From Vicinamibacteria bacterium (GTDB lineage: Bacteria; Acidobacteriota; Vicinamibacteria; Fen-336; JAGNNV01), in NCBI GenBank assembly GCA_031412915.1, contig JANODX010000034.1, forward strand, positions 5,425 through 69,424: a stretch of 64,000 nt of DNA, in the 5' to 3' direction. This document shows, one piece after another, positions 46,929 to 55,986 of the stretch (its first letter is position 1; the number at the start of each line of letters is the position of its first letter). Under the pieces are notes generated by a model. That model had not been told where the DNA came from, made no database searches, and worked only from the letters and a program-made list of their open reading frames with translations. The position numbers and the translations under genes are program-made.

Positions 46929-47768
46929 TTGGCCTGGTTCAAGCGCGAAGACCAAAAACTTCCGGTGGGCGAGCAGGTCAATCGCGTCCCCGAAGGCCTG
47001 TGGATCAAGTGCGCGGGATGCCGGGAGATCATTTACCGAAAGGATGTCCTCCAGAACGCGTCGGTGTGCCCGAAGTGCGCCTTCCATTTCCGCATCACCG
47101 CACGGGAACGACTGGAGCTCCTTTTCGATGGGCCGTATCAGGAATTCGACCGGACCCTGGCGAGCGCCGACCCCTTGAAATTCGAGGATACGAAGGCCTA
47201 TTCGGCCCGATTGCGGGACGGCGAGGAGAAGACCGGTGGAAAGGACGCTCTGGTGAGCGCCTCCGGCCAACTCGACGGCCGCGAGGTCCTGATCTGCGCC
47301 ATGGAATATGGCTTCATCGGCGGATCGATGGGGGTGGTGGTGGGAGAGAAGATCACGCGCGCGGCGGAGCGCGCCATGAATACGAAAGCGCCTTTGATCG
47401 TCGTGTCCTGCTCGGGCGGCGCTCGCATGATGGAGGGGGCGCTGTCGCTCATGCAGATGGCGAAGATCTCGGCCGCCCTCGCCCGACTGGACGACGCGAA
47501 GATTCCCTTCATCTCCGTGTTGACCGACCCCACCACCGGGGGAGTCACCGCGTCTTTCGCCATGCTCGGCGATTTGAACATCGCGGAACCGGGGGCTCTC
47601 ATCGGTTTCGCCGGACCACGGGTGATCGAGCAGACGATTCGTCAGAAGCTTCCCGAGGGCTTCCAGCGCTCCGACTTTCTTCTCGCTCACGGAATGATCG
47701 ACGCGGTCATAGACCGCCGCGAGATGAAGGCCGCGATCGCCATTAGCCTGAAGCTGTTTCTCGACTAG
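46929..47768 (+). CDS. accD: Acetyl-CoA carboxylase carboxyltransferase beta subunit
   Basis: TTG start. Zinc ribbon (WIKCAGC...CPKCAFHFR) and GGSMG. Confidence 0.9.
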   Translation: MAWFKREDQKLPVGEQVNRVPEGLWIKCAGCREIIYRKDVLQNASVCPKCAFHFRITARERLELLFDGPYQEFDRTLASADPLKFEDTKAYSARLRDGEEKTGGKDALVSASGQLDGREVLICAMEYGFIGGSMGVVVGEKITRAAERAMNTKAPLIVVSCSGGARMMEGALSLMQMAKISAALARLDDAKIPFISVLTDPTTGGVTASFAMLGDLNIAEPGALIGFAGPRVIEQTIRQKLPEGFQRSDFLLAHGMIDAVIDRREMKAAIAISLKLFLD

Positions 47769-47798
47769 CCGCCCCCACCCCTCGAAGGCTCGCCCGAA

Positions 47799-48578
47799 AT
47801 GTCCGGCATCATCGATCTCAACGCTGACCTGGGCGAGAGCTTCGGCGCGTGGTCCATGGGGAGCGACGAGGCCCTGCTGCCCTACCTGACGTCCGTCAAT
47901 GTGGCGTGTGGCTTCCACGGGGGCGATCCACTGACCATGGACCGGACCGTGGGCGCAGCACTCGAACGGGGAATCCGAATCGGCGCGCACCCCTCGCACC
48001 TGGATCTTCGCGGTTTCGGCCGGCGGGAGATTCAGGCATCGCCGGACGAAGTGGAAGCCGACGTGTTGTACCAGGCGGGCGCTCTTCGCGCGTTCGTGGA
48101 GTCGCGGGGCGGACGACTGTGGCACGTGAAGCCTCACGGCGCTCTCTACAACCAGGCCGCGCGCGATCCCACCCTCGCTCGGGCCGTGGCCCGAGGCGTG
48201 CGGCGGCTGGGCGGCGGGGTGACCCTCGTGGGCCTCGCCACCTCGCCGGTCTTTCGGGCTGCCGCGCAGAGTGAGGGAATTCCATTTGCGGGGGAGGGGT
48301 TCGTGGATCGGGCCTACGAGAGGGACGGGTCGCTCGCCCGACGCGGAAGTGCGGGGGCTCTTCTGGAAAGCGGAACCGCCGCCGCCGAGCAGGCCATAGG
48401 CATCGCCGCCCAGAGCCGAGTGACCGCGCGCGACGGGTCGACGGTGACGGTGGACGCCCAGACCCTGTGCATCCACGGCGACAACAAGAACGCGGTGGAG
48501 ATTGCCCGGGCGGTGCGCAGCGCCCTGCTCGCTGCGGGAGTCAAGGTTCAGGCTCTCGGCCCGTTCGGACCGGCTTAG
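47799..48578 (+). CDS. pxpA: 5-oxoprolinase subunit A (LamB/YcsF family)
   Basis: IDLNADLGESFG, NVACGFHGGDP and VKPHGALYN. Confidence 0.9.
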   Translation: MSGIIDLNADLGESFGAWSMGSDEALLPYLTSVNVACGFHGGDPLTMDRTVGAALERGIRIGAHPSHLDLRGFGRREIQASPDEVEADVLYQAGALRAFVESRGGRLWHVKPHGALYNQAARDPTLARAVARGVRRLGGGVTLVGLATSPVFRAAAQSEGIPFAGEGFVDRAYERDGSLARRGSAGALLESGTAAAEQAIGIAAQSRVTARDGSTVTVDAQTLCIHGDNKNAVEIARAVRSALLAAGVKVQALGPFGPA

Positions 48579-48583
48579 GGCCG

Positions 48584-50176
48584 ATGAGGGAGACGTATCC
48601 GCGCGTTCTCTCGGTGGGCGACGGCGCGGTCAGCGTGGAACTCGGCGCGTCGCTCGATGAACAGACGGTGGGACAGGTTCGGGCGCTCGACGCCCGACTG
48701 AAAGACAAAGCGTTTCCGGGAATCCTGGAGAGCGTTCCCACCTACGCCTCGCTGCTGGTGTTGTATGACCGGCCTCGCCTGGCCTTCTCTGAGCTGAGCG
48801 AAACGCTCCTCGATCTCGCGCAGGGACTTCCGAACGCAACCGCCCCGGGACGGCTGGTGGAGATTCCAGCACTCTACGATGGCGAGGATCTGGACGAAGT
48901 CGCACAGGGCTGCGGTCTCACCAAGGAGGCGGTGGTCGAACTGCATTCGGGCCGGGAGTACGAAGCGCTCATGCTCGGTTTTTCTCCGGGCTTCGCCTAC
49001 CTGGGCTTCGTCGACGAGCGACTGCGACGACCGCGCCTCAAGACCCCACGCACCCGTGTCCCCCCGGGGGCTATCGGGATCGCCGGACCGCAAACCGGGA
49101 TCTATCCGCGCGCGCTGCCGGGCGGTTGGAACCTGCTGGGCCGCACTTCGGTGCGCCTCTTTGACTCGCTGGCCTCTCCGGGCGACTCCCCGGGGGCTCG
49201 AGGCCCGTCTCTGCTCATGCCAGGCGATCGTGTTCGCTTTGTTCCGACCCTGTCTCTCGAGCCCACCCAGGGCGCCCCGAAGACCGAGTATCGGGGGAGC
49301 GGCGTCCAGGTTCTCGAGCCCGGTCTTCTGACCACGATCCAGGACGGGGGTCGGAAGGGATTGCGACGAGTGGCGGTTCCGCTCACCGGCTTCGCGGATG
49401 CCGGAGCGGCCCGCGTGGCGAACCTGTGCGTGGGAAATCCGTGCGACGCTCCCGCCATCGAGATCTGCGGGCCGGGGCTCACGCTTCTCTTCGAGAAGAC
49501 CACGTTCGTCGCCATCGCCGGCGCTTCCGTGACCGCGGACCTGGAGCGCTTGGACCTCGACCCCGGCCCGATGCCTATGCCCCAGAACGTCGCGGTTCGA
49601 GCGCGCGCCTCGAACATACTGACCATCCGGGGGGTTGAAAACGGAGTCAGAGCCTACGTGGCGATCGGCGGAATGAACGCGCCTCGAATCCTCGGATCAG
49701 CCTCGGCCGATCTTGGCTCGGGCTTCCTGCGGCCTCTACAGGCGGGCGATCGATTGTCCGTGGAAGCCGTCGACGCGGACCTGGTAAGGCGGGAACCCAT
49801 GGCAGTCGTTCCGCGAAACACGGTGGTCCGCGTGATTCTCGGACCGCAGTCGGATCACTTCGACGCACGGACGCTCGGCACATTTCTTTCAGCCCCTTGG
49901 CTCGTCGGTCTCGATTCCGACCGCGTGGGGGCTCGCCTCGATGGCCCGCGCCTCCCGCATTCCGGCCCGGCTGAAATCGTCTCCGACGGCATGGTGCCTG
50001 GATGCGTCCAGGTTCCACCCGACGGCCGCCCCATCGTGATGCTCTCCGACTGCCCCACCACCGGGGGCTATCCCAAGATTGCGTGCGTGGTGAGCGCGGA
50101 CCTGGGGCTGATCGCTCAGGCCACCCCGGGGCGGACCGCGCTTCACTTTGTGTCGGTTCGAATCGAAGACCTCTAG
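48584..50176 (+). CDS. Fused 5-oxoprolinase subunits B and C (KipI/KipA; allophanate hydrolase subunit 1 and 2 domains)
   Basis: Start moved to ATG 48584. The N-terminal half has the PxpB pattern (GFSPGFAYLG...GIAGPQTGIYP...PGGWNLLGRT). The C-terminal half has the PxpC pattern (GLLTTIQDGGR...DRVGARL...TTGGYPKIA). Confidence 0.85.
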   Translation: MRETYPRVLSVGDGAVSVELGASLDEQTVGQVRALDARLKDKAFPGILESVPTYASLLVLYDRPRLAFSELSETLLDLAQGLPNATAPGRLVEIPALYDGEDLDEVAQGCGLTKEAVVELHSGREYEALMLGFSPGFAYLGFVDERLRRPRLKTPRTRVPPGAIGIAGPQTGIYPRALPGGWNLLGRTSVRLFDSLASPGDSPGARGPSLLMPGDRVRFVPTLSLEPTQGAPKTEYRGSGVQVLEPGLLTTIQDGGRKGLRRVAVPLTGFADAGAARVANLCVGNPCDAPAIEICGPGLTLLFEKTTFVAIAGASVTADLERLDLDPGPMPMPQNVAVRARASNILTIRGVENGVRAYVAIGGMNAPRILGSASADLGSGFLRPLQAGDRLSVEAVDADLVRREPMAVVPRNTVVRVILGPQSDHFDARTLGTFLSAPWLVGLDSDRVGARLDGPRLPHSGPAEIVSDGMVPGCVQVPPDGRPIVMLSDCPTTGGYPKIACVVSADLGLIAQATPGRTALHFVSVRIEDL

Positions 50177-50178
50177 AT

Positions 50179-51540
50179 TCAGGCTTCGAGATCCTGAAGC
50201 GTCTGCCTGAGCCGAAGTAGCGCGACGATGAGCAGGACGCTGTTCACGACCGCGAGTGCGGCCGTGAGATCGAAGCCCGGGGCCATTCGGAGGCGGGCCA
50301 CCTGATCGGCCAGGGGGAGCACGCTCCGCCACTGGGTCCCGTAGTAGCGCCCCAGGCCGTGCAGGCAGACGCTGCCGAGCACCGTGGCGGTGGCCGCGGC
50401 GGCGGTGAAGACTCGCAGGAACGGCGTTCGAAGTCCGGTGGCGATGAGAAGAAGGAAGAGCGGGTGGTTGTGGTTGTCGTGAACGCCCACGGTGAGGATT
50501 CCCCAGGAGAAGAGAAGGAGTGCTGCCACATAGACCGCGGACCTCGCGGTGACGATACGCCGGGCCTGGAACAGGACCCAGGCGGCGACCAGCCCGGCGG
50601 CGACAAAACCAATGAGCCCGAGAGGCAGCGCGAAGGCGTCGCGCCGCACATAGTCGATCGGGTCTCCCCACTCCGCCTGGTCCCGCAGCACGGTGCCGAC
50701 GTGGCCGATGAGCCACCAGGGATTGGCGTACCCGCCCGATATCCGCTCCTGGGAGAACAGCCGAACGATGTGAACGACGGCGGTGGTAAGGGTCCCCGCG
50801 AATACAAACGGAAGAAAGACCGCCATGGTGACGAGGGCGCCGCCGGCCACGACCCGCGCCCACCCCGGTCGCGGGGCGAGGAGGAAGATCGCGGGCAGCG
50901 CCACCGCGACCGTGGGCTTGATCAGACACGTCACCGCAAAGACCGCTCCCCCGACGAAGGGGAAGGCCCCCGGGATGAGAAGGCTGACGAGGAGGAAAGG
51001 CGGAACGAAGCCGTCGAAATTCCCGTGGACCGCCGACGAGATCCACGTGAGCGGAAAGATCCAGTAGAGGGCGGCCAGGGGCACCGCGATTCGGATCGCC
51101 CCACGAAACGCCCACAAGAGGACGGCCACGGCCAGAACGTCGCCTACGACGGCTGGGAATTTCACCGCCAGGTTCTCCGCTTCGTCTCCTCGATAGGGAC
51201 GGGGTTTGGAGGTGAAGAAGCGCCAGGATCCACCCCAGGCGGCGAGGGCCAGAGGCGGATAGTCGATGACGAACTGTCGATCCCGAAACGAAACCTCCCA
51301 CCGAGGCTTCTTTCCGGTCAGCTGTTGCAGGAACTCTCCGTCGGGAACGGAATCCCGCCCCCCGTAGGCTTGGGTGATTCCGGCGGTGACTGTCTGGTTC
51401 GCCCAGGCCTTCCGATACTCCGTGTCCCAGGAGCCGTGGGAAGTGATGAAGTACAGACGAAGGTATGTTCCCGCACCGAAGGCGGCCACGACCCACAGCA
51501 GAGTGGGCAGGCTCAGTTTCTTCTTTGTTTCCGCAGTCAT
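50179..51540 (-). CDS. GT-C fold integral membrane glycosyltransferase (ALG6/ALG8- or DUF2029-like)
   Basis: More than 10 TM segments, with an early loop motif IDYPPLALA. Confidence 0.5.
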   Translation of the reverse strand: MTAETKKKLSLPTLLWVVAAFGAGTYLRLYFITSHGSWDTEYRKAWANQTVTAGITQAYGGRDSVPDGEFLQQLTGKKPRWEVSFRDRQFVIDYPPLALAAWGGSWRFFTSKPRPYRGDEAENLAVKFPAVVGDVLAVAVLLWAFRGAIRIAVPLAALYWIFPLTWISSAVHGNFDGFVPPFLLVSLLIPGAFPFVGGAVFAVTCLIKPTVAVALPAIFLLAPRPGWARVVAGGALVTMAVFLPFVFAGTLTTAVVHIVRLFSQERISGGYANPWWLIGHVGTVLRDQAEWGDPIDYVRRDAFALPLGLIGFVAAGLVAAWVLFQARRIVTARSAVYVAALLLFSWGILTVGVHDNHNHPLFLLLIATGLRTPFLRVFTAAAATATVLGSVCLHGLGRYYGTQWRSVLPLADQVARLRMAPGFDLTAALAVVNSVLLIVALLRLRQTLQDLEA

Positions 51541-51605
51541 GATCGGGTCGGTCCGCGCAGGTTAACCGAGGCGTTTCCGACGGCCCGACTCACCGGCAAG
51601 ATCCT

Positions 51606-52346
51606 CTATCGCGGTGTCGGCGGAGTCAGGCCAGGCAAGACGGCCATCAGGCTCAACGCTTTCTGGTTCGCAGGTTCAAGTTTCAGAACGGCGAGGGCTT
51701 CCACCCTCGCTTCGTCGAGGCGACCCAGGTTGGCGAGGGTCGCGGCGAGATTGAGACGGGCGCCGACCCGGGACGCGTCCAGGGCCAGGCATTCCCGGAA
51801 CGCCGCCACCGCTCCTTCGCCATTGGCCGAGAGCGACAAGGCCTGACCGTACCGGTCCAGGAGCGAAGCGGTCTTCGGCAAACCGGCCTTCATAGCGGCC
51901 TCGAAGAAACGTGTGGCTGAAAAGGGGTCCCCCGAGACCAGAAAGTACTCCGCGATCGCCAGATTCTCTTCCTTGATGAGCGAGCCCCCGACTTTGGACA
52001 AGAGCGCGGTCGCCGGACCCACCTGGCCCTCATGCAGGAAGGCGCGCCCCACCCGGAGGCGGAGCGCGTCCACGTTCCGGGAGCGAATCTGAGCATCGAC
52101 CATGAGGGCTCGGGCCTCGTCGTTCTGGCCCGCGGCGATCAGGGCTTCGATGTGGACGACCTCCGCCTCGGTTGTCTCGCGGTGGGCGCGATAGTAGTTG
52201 TAGGCGGCGGCGGCTCCCAGCAAAATCAGCAATCCCAGAGCAATCACCAGGAATCGGCGCCCGGTGGGAGCCGGTGGCGTGGGTCTCGGCGCGGAACCGT
52301 CTTCGGTGGTCTTCGTGGTACGCTCCTCGGTCTTCACGCTACCCAT
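51606..52346 (-). CDS. Membrane-anchored TPR repeat protein
   Basis: Start moved to ATG 52346, because the longer track ORF would overlap the tRNA. One TM segment (FLVIALGLLILLGAAAAY) followed by TPR-like helices. Confidence 0.65.
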   Translation of the reverse strand: MGSVKTEERTTKTTEDGSAPRPTPPAPTGRRFLVIALGLLILLGAAAAYNYYRAHRETTEAEVVHIEALIAAGQNDEARALMVDAQIRSRNVDALRLRVGRAFLHEGQVGPATALLSKVGGSLIKEENLAIAEYFLVSGDPFSATRFFEAAMKAGLPKTASLLDRYGQALSLSANGEGAVAAFRECLALDASRVGARLNLAATLANLGRLDEARVEALAVLKLEPANQKALSLMAVLPGLTPPTPR

Positions 52347-52382
52347 CCTAAGCGGCCCTTGCGGGCCGGGTCGACCGATCGC

Positions 52383-52474
52383 GGAGAGATGCCGGAGTGG
52401 CTGAACGGGCCAGGTTGCTAACCTGTTGTGCGGGGTTTCCTGCACCGGGGGTTCGAATCCCCCTCTCTCCGCCA
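52383..52474 (+). tRNA. tRNA-Ser (anticodon GCU), type II with long variable arm, CCA encoded
   Basis: Acceptor GGAGAGA/TCTCTCC, anticodon loop TT-GCT-AA, 7-bp variable arm GTGCGGG/CCTGCAC, T arm GGGGG-TTCGAAT-CCCCC, discriminator G, then CCA. Confidence 0.9.
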
Positions 52475-52650
52475 GCTTTTCCGGGCCTCTGGCCCGAAAA
52501 GCCTGGCGAAAGAGGTGGCTTCGGTCCTTCGCTCCCGCTCAGTCTCAAATCCCTCGGCCAACGCGCACTTCCTCGGGCCAGGGCCCGAAAAGCAGGCGAG
52601 AGAGGTGGCTTCGGTCCTTCGCTTCACTCAGTCTCAAATCCCTCGGCCCG
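52475..52650. repeat. Two tandem ~90-bp imperfect direct repeats, each predicted to fold into two hairpins, immediately 3' of the tRNA-Ser
   Basis: Core unit GGCCCGAAAAGC(C/-)(T/A)GGCGA(A/G)AGAGGTGGCTTCGGTCCTTCGCT(CCCG/TCAC)CTCAGTCTCAAATCCCTCGGCC occurs at 52491-52559 and 52582-52648. The first hairpin, GCTTTTCCGGGCC-TCT-GGCCCGAAAAGC (52475-52502), may terminate the tRNA transcript. The second contains a UUCG loop. Confidence 0.8.
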
Positions 52651-52762
52651 AATTTCGATACGAGTTCCTAGGCTCGACCGGTCAAGGCCCACGCCTGCAC
52701 AGAGCGAACCGGATGTCTTCCTGTGCTGCCACCGCGGCAATGCAGGGCATGCGCACCTCGCA

Positions 52763-54715
52763 CTATCTGACAATCCTGATCGTGGCCTCGATTCGTGATT
52801 CGCCTGACGCCTTCATGGTCGCGGTGAGCACGTGACCGCGGTCCTCCTCGGGACCCGTGGTGATCGAACCGGGCGGTCCTGGCACCTTGAGCTTGCCCAC
52901 CGCACGAGTGACTTCGGCGTTCTTCGGCTCCGCGATCACGACCTCGATGGCCGGCTCGCCCTTCTGGCCGTTGCGGTAGACGCCGGGAGACGCGACTTGA
53001 AACGGCGTGTCCGATTGAACGCGCCAGTCGACCGTCGTCGGATCCTTCAACGTGAACCGGTCGGAGACGATGAACGCCGCCTTGCCGTCAAACTTAAGGG
53101 TGCGCGTGAACGCGGACAGGCCGGTGACCCCGGGATACGCGGCACCGAGATCGGCTTCGATCGCGAGACCCTGACCCTCGGCTTTGGCGCTGCGAATTCG
53201 AATGCCGTCGAACGAGGCATAAGGCGCCCCGCGCCAGACATCGTGGTGGCCTTCGACGCCTTGTCCGATTCCGCCGAAAGTCACCGTGTTGTGATTGCGG
53301 GCGGTCGGCAGCCCCGCATAGCCGGTGTCGCCGGTCAGATAGCGACCGTGCGCCCAGATGATGAAGCTGCCGGCATCGGGATGCGCGTGCCCGCTGTCGA
53401 GCGACCACTCTGGCATTCCGGGCAGGAGGGCTGCCGTGCGATGACCTTCGGGCGGGCCGGCCTTGAACGCGAAGGCGAGGGCATCCTTCTCCCACGACGT
53501 GCGGTAGTAGAAGACCCCCATGTCCTTGAAGTGGTGCTCACGAGGGAAGGCGGTCATGGGCGCGGGCTTGATCGCCGCATCGCGCCAAAGAAGGGTCCAG
53601 TATTCCTCGAGATTGCTGTGACCGAAGCCGGCGTAGCGAAGGGCGATGGCCTGAGCTTCGGGGTCCTTCAGCCGCGCGGCCACGCGATACATCGAGTTGA
53701 AGTTGCTTTGCAGCCGGCCTTCAGGGAAGGCGCGTTCATAGTCGCCACCTTTCTTCGTGCGGGTGAGGGGGCCTTCCCAGATGTCGCCGAAGTCGAAAAC
53801 GTTCTGGCCGTCGGGCAGGAGAGTGTGCGCGAGGTACGTCTTCCAATTGCGGAAGACATCGCGGCTCCAGAGGCTCTCGCCGGTTGCGTGCTCCCACGCG
53901 TCGAGGAAGTGGACGAGCCAGGGGGTCGAGAAGATCCAGTACTCCATGCCCTCGTAGTAGTAACCATCGGGGCTCAAAAGCTGACCGGTACGATGGTGAT
54001 GGGCGCGGGCGAGGGCGGCCCACTTCTCGGCGTCCTTCGACTCCCCCATCAGGGCCAGGGCGGTGATGGCGAGTCCGGCGGTGGGAATGAAGTCATGATT
54101 CTGCGTGAAGTGGAGCTTCCGGCCGGCCTTGGGGGCGAAGGCGTCGTAGACCAGTCCGGCGTGACGCTCGAGCGAAGTCCGAATCCTCAAGCGTTCGGCG
54201 GGCGTGAACTCGTCGTACAGGAGGTCGTAGGCCCAGCCGATCGCATAGAGAAGGTGACCGGCGGCGAGGTCGGTGTTGGGCTTGTTGTAGGTGTAACCCC
54301 AGGGTTCATAGTCGATGGCGGCCAGGGTCCAGGCCTTCGCCGCGACAAGAAACTCGGGATTGCGCTCCACCGCAAAGGCGAGGCTCGCCTCCGCGATGGC
54401 GAAGGCGGCGTTGTTCTGGGAGCGCCGCTCCTGGGGACCGGGGGCCGGCGGAGGCGGGCTCTTGAGCGCGGCGAGATTCGCGATGACTTTCGACCACTCG
54501 GTGCTATGGGTGGTTCGTGCTCGCTCGCGCAGGCCTTCGAGACCGGCCCTGGTTACGAACACCCGAGGATGCACGCCTACCAGCTCAGGCTTGAGCGCGA
54601 TCTTGTGGGCGAGCAGTTCATCGAAGGCCGGGACAACCTCCTGGGCCGCGGCGATTGGCACCGTCGATACGGCCAGAGTCAGGGCCAGAGCCGCGGTCGC
54701 GAGGTTCGTTCTCAT
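52763..54715 (-). CDS. Heparinase II/III family polysaccharide lyase-like protein (secreted)
   Basis: Start moved to ATG 54715 (ATGA overlap with the MFS stop); signal peptide MRTNLATAALALTLAVSTVPIAAAQ. An alpha/alpha toroid part is followed by the C-terminal Hepar_II_III pattern (GHAHPDAGSFIIWAHGRYLTGDTGY..NHNTV). Confidence 0.75.
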   Translation of the reverse strand: MRTNLATAALALTLAVSTVPIAAAQEVVPAFDELLAHKIALKPELVGVHPRVFVTRAGLEGLRERARTTHSTEWSKVIANLAALKSPPPPAPGPQERRSQNNAAFAIAEASLAFAVERNPEFLVAAKAWTLAAIDYEPWGYTYNKPNTDLAAGHLLYAIGWAYDLLYDEFTPAERLRIRTSLERHAGLVYDAFAPKAGRKLHFTQNHDFIPTAGLAITALALMGESKDAEKWAALARAHHHRTGQLLSPDGYYYEGMEYWIFSTPWLVHFLDAWEHATGESLWSRDVFRNWKTYLAHTLLPDGQNVFDFGDIWEGPLTRTKKGGDYERAFPEGRLQSNFNSMYRVAARLKDPEAQAIALRYAGFGHSNLEEYWTLLWRDAAIKPAPMTAFPREHHFKDMGVFYYRTSWEKDALAFAFKAGPPEGHRTAALLPGMPEWSLDSGHAHPDAGSFIIWAHGRYLTGDTGYAGLPTARNHNTVTFGGIGQGVEGHHDVWRGAPYASFDGIRIRSAKAEGQGLAIEADLGAAYPGVTGLSAFTRTLKFDGKAAFIVSDRFTLKDPTTVDWRVQSDTPFQVASPGVYRNGQKGEPAIEVVIAEPKNAEVTRAVGKLKVPGPPGSITTGPEEDRGHVLTATMKASGESRIEATIRIVR

Positions 54716-55986
54716 GCTGATTGTTCCTTCTGTTCGATGACCACACTTCCAATGCGACCGGCGAGCCACAGGGTCACCACGAGACCGAGCGGCCCGAGAA
54801 CTCCCGCGACCAGGAACACCGGCGTGTATCCGTAACCGTCCACGATGCGGCCGGTGGCCCAGGTGAAGAGAACGCTCGCCACTGCGGCCGCAGCACCACT
54901 GAGGCCGAACACCGAGCCCACGGCGCTGCTCGGGAAGAAGTCGCTGGGCAAAGTCTGGAGGTTGTTGACCCACACCTGGAATCCGAAGAGCACCACCGCC
55001 ATCCAGGCGAGGGCGACGTACGGATCGTCCGCGCGCATGGCGAGAATCCCGGCGGGCGTCAGCATCGCGCCGAAGATCATGACCGCCTTGCGGGCGCGAT
55101 CGACGGTCCAGCCGCGGGAGATGAGAGCGCCCGAGGCGTAGCCGCCGGAGAGCGCGCCGATGCCGCCGGCGAGGAACGGAAGCCAGGCGGAGAGGCCCAC
55201 CTCCTTGAGGCTGAAGCCTCGCGCCTCCTGAAGGTAAGAGGGCAGCCAGAAGATGTAGAGCCACCAGATCGGATCGGTGATGAACCGGCCCATGACCACC
55301 GCCCAGGTTTGTCGATACTTGAGCAACTGGATCCAACCCGGCCGCCAGACCGGCCCGGCGGGGGTGGCCGAGGCTCCGTCGAGGATGTGCGCACGCTCGG
55401 CCTCTGTGATCCACGGATGCTGCGACGGCGTTCGAAAGAAGATGAGCCAGAGGGCGAGCCAGACGAAGCCCAGCAGCCCCGTGACCACAAAGGTCATCCG
55501 CCAGCCGTAGGCGGTGGCGAGCCACGCGATGATCGGGGGAGACAAAGCACCACCCACCGCCGCGCCGGTATTGAAGATCCCCATCCCCAGCGCGCGCTCT
55601 CGCACCGGGAACCACTCGCCCACCACTTTCGCGGCGCCCGGCCAATTGCCTGCTTCACCGAAGCCCAGCATCGCGCGGAAGACGCCGAAGGCTGTGGCGG
55701 TGCGCGCGGTCGCGTGGGCGAGGGCGGCCAGAGACCAGACCACGATGGAAAACACAAAGCCCAGACGCGTGCCGATGATGTCGTAGAGCCGGCCCGATAC
55801 CATCTGGGAGATGCCGTAGAAGACGAGGAAGCTGTTCTGTATCGCCGCGTAGTCGGAGTTCGAAAGGCCGAGGTCCTGACTGATCGCGGTCTTCAGAACC
55901 GAAACCGTCTGCCGGTCGATGTAGTTGATGACGGTGGCCAGGAAGACCAGGCTCACCATGAACCAGCGCAGGCCGTTGATCTTCAT
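54712..55986 (-). CDS. MFS transporter, hexuronate (ExuT)-like
   Basis: RWFMVSLVFLATVINYIDRQ..., GEAGNWPGAAKVVGEWFPVRERA, 12 TM segments. Confidence 0.8.
   Translation of the reverse strand: MKINGLRWFMVSLVFLATVINYIDRQTVSVLKTAISQDLGLSNSDYAAIQNSFLVFYGISQMVSGRLYDIIGTRLGFVFSIVVWSLAALAHATARTATAFGVFRAMLGFGEAGNWPGAAKVVGEWFPVRERALGMGIFNTGAAVGGALSPPIIAWLATAYGWRMTFVVTGLLGFVWLALWLIFFRTPSQHPWITEAERAHILDGASATPAGPVWRPGWIQLLKYRQTWAVVMGRFITDPIWWLYIFWLPSYLQEARGFSLKEVGLSAWLPFLAGGIGALSGGYASGALISRGWTVDRARKAVMIFGAMLTPAGILAMRADDPYVALAWMAVVLFGFQVWVNNLQTLPSDFFPSSAVGSVFGLSGAAAAVASVLFTWATGRIVDGYGYTPVFLVAGVLGPLGLVVTLWLAGRIGSVVIEQKEQSA

Noticed and set aside
45789-48476. 895-aa minus-strand ORF
   Set aside because: It is antisense to the Ser/Thr kinase, accD and pxpA, all of which have strong motif support. 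No domains; a GC-driven open frame.
49889-51846. Long overlapping ORFs (535 aa on the minus strand, 495 aa on the plus strand) rich in Arg, Pro and Gly
   Set aside because: Both cover sequence better explained by pxpBC and the GT-C membrane protein (one off-frame, one antisense). The translations are Arg/Pro/Gly-rich shadow-frame products.
51606-52445. Full-length 279-aa version of the TPR-protein ORF
   Set aside because: The first 33 codons would run through the tRNA-Ser gene on the opposite strand. The internal ATG at 52346 gives a sensible N-terminus.
52383-52474. Possibility that the long-variable-arm tRNA is tRNA-Sec (selC), which would fit the selenoprotein finding
   Set aside because: The anticodon loop reads UU-GCU-AA (Ser, AGY codons), not UCA. 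The acceptor stem is 7 bp, with normal type II Ser features.
52475-52650. CRISPR array
   Set aside because: There are only two units. They are about 90 bp long and directly tandem, with no unique spacers of CRISPR size. No cas genes are in the window.
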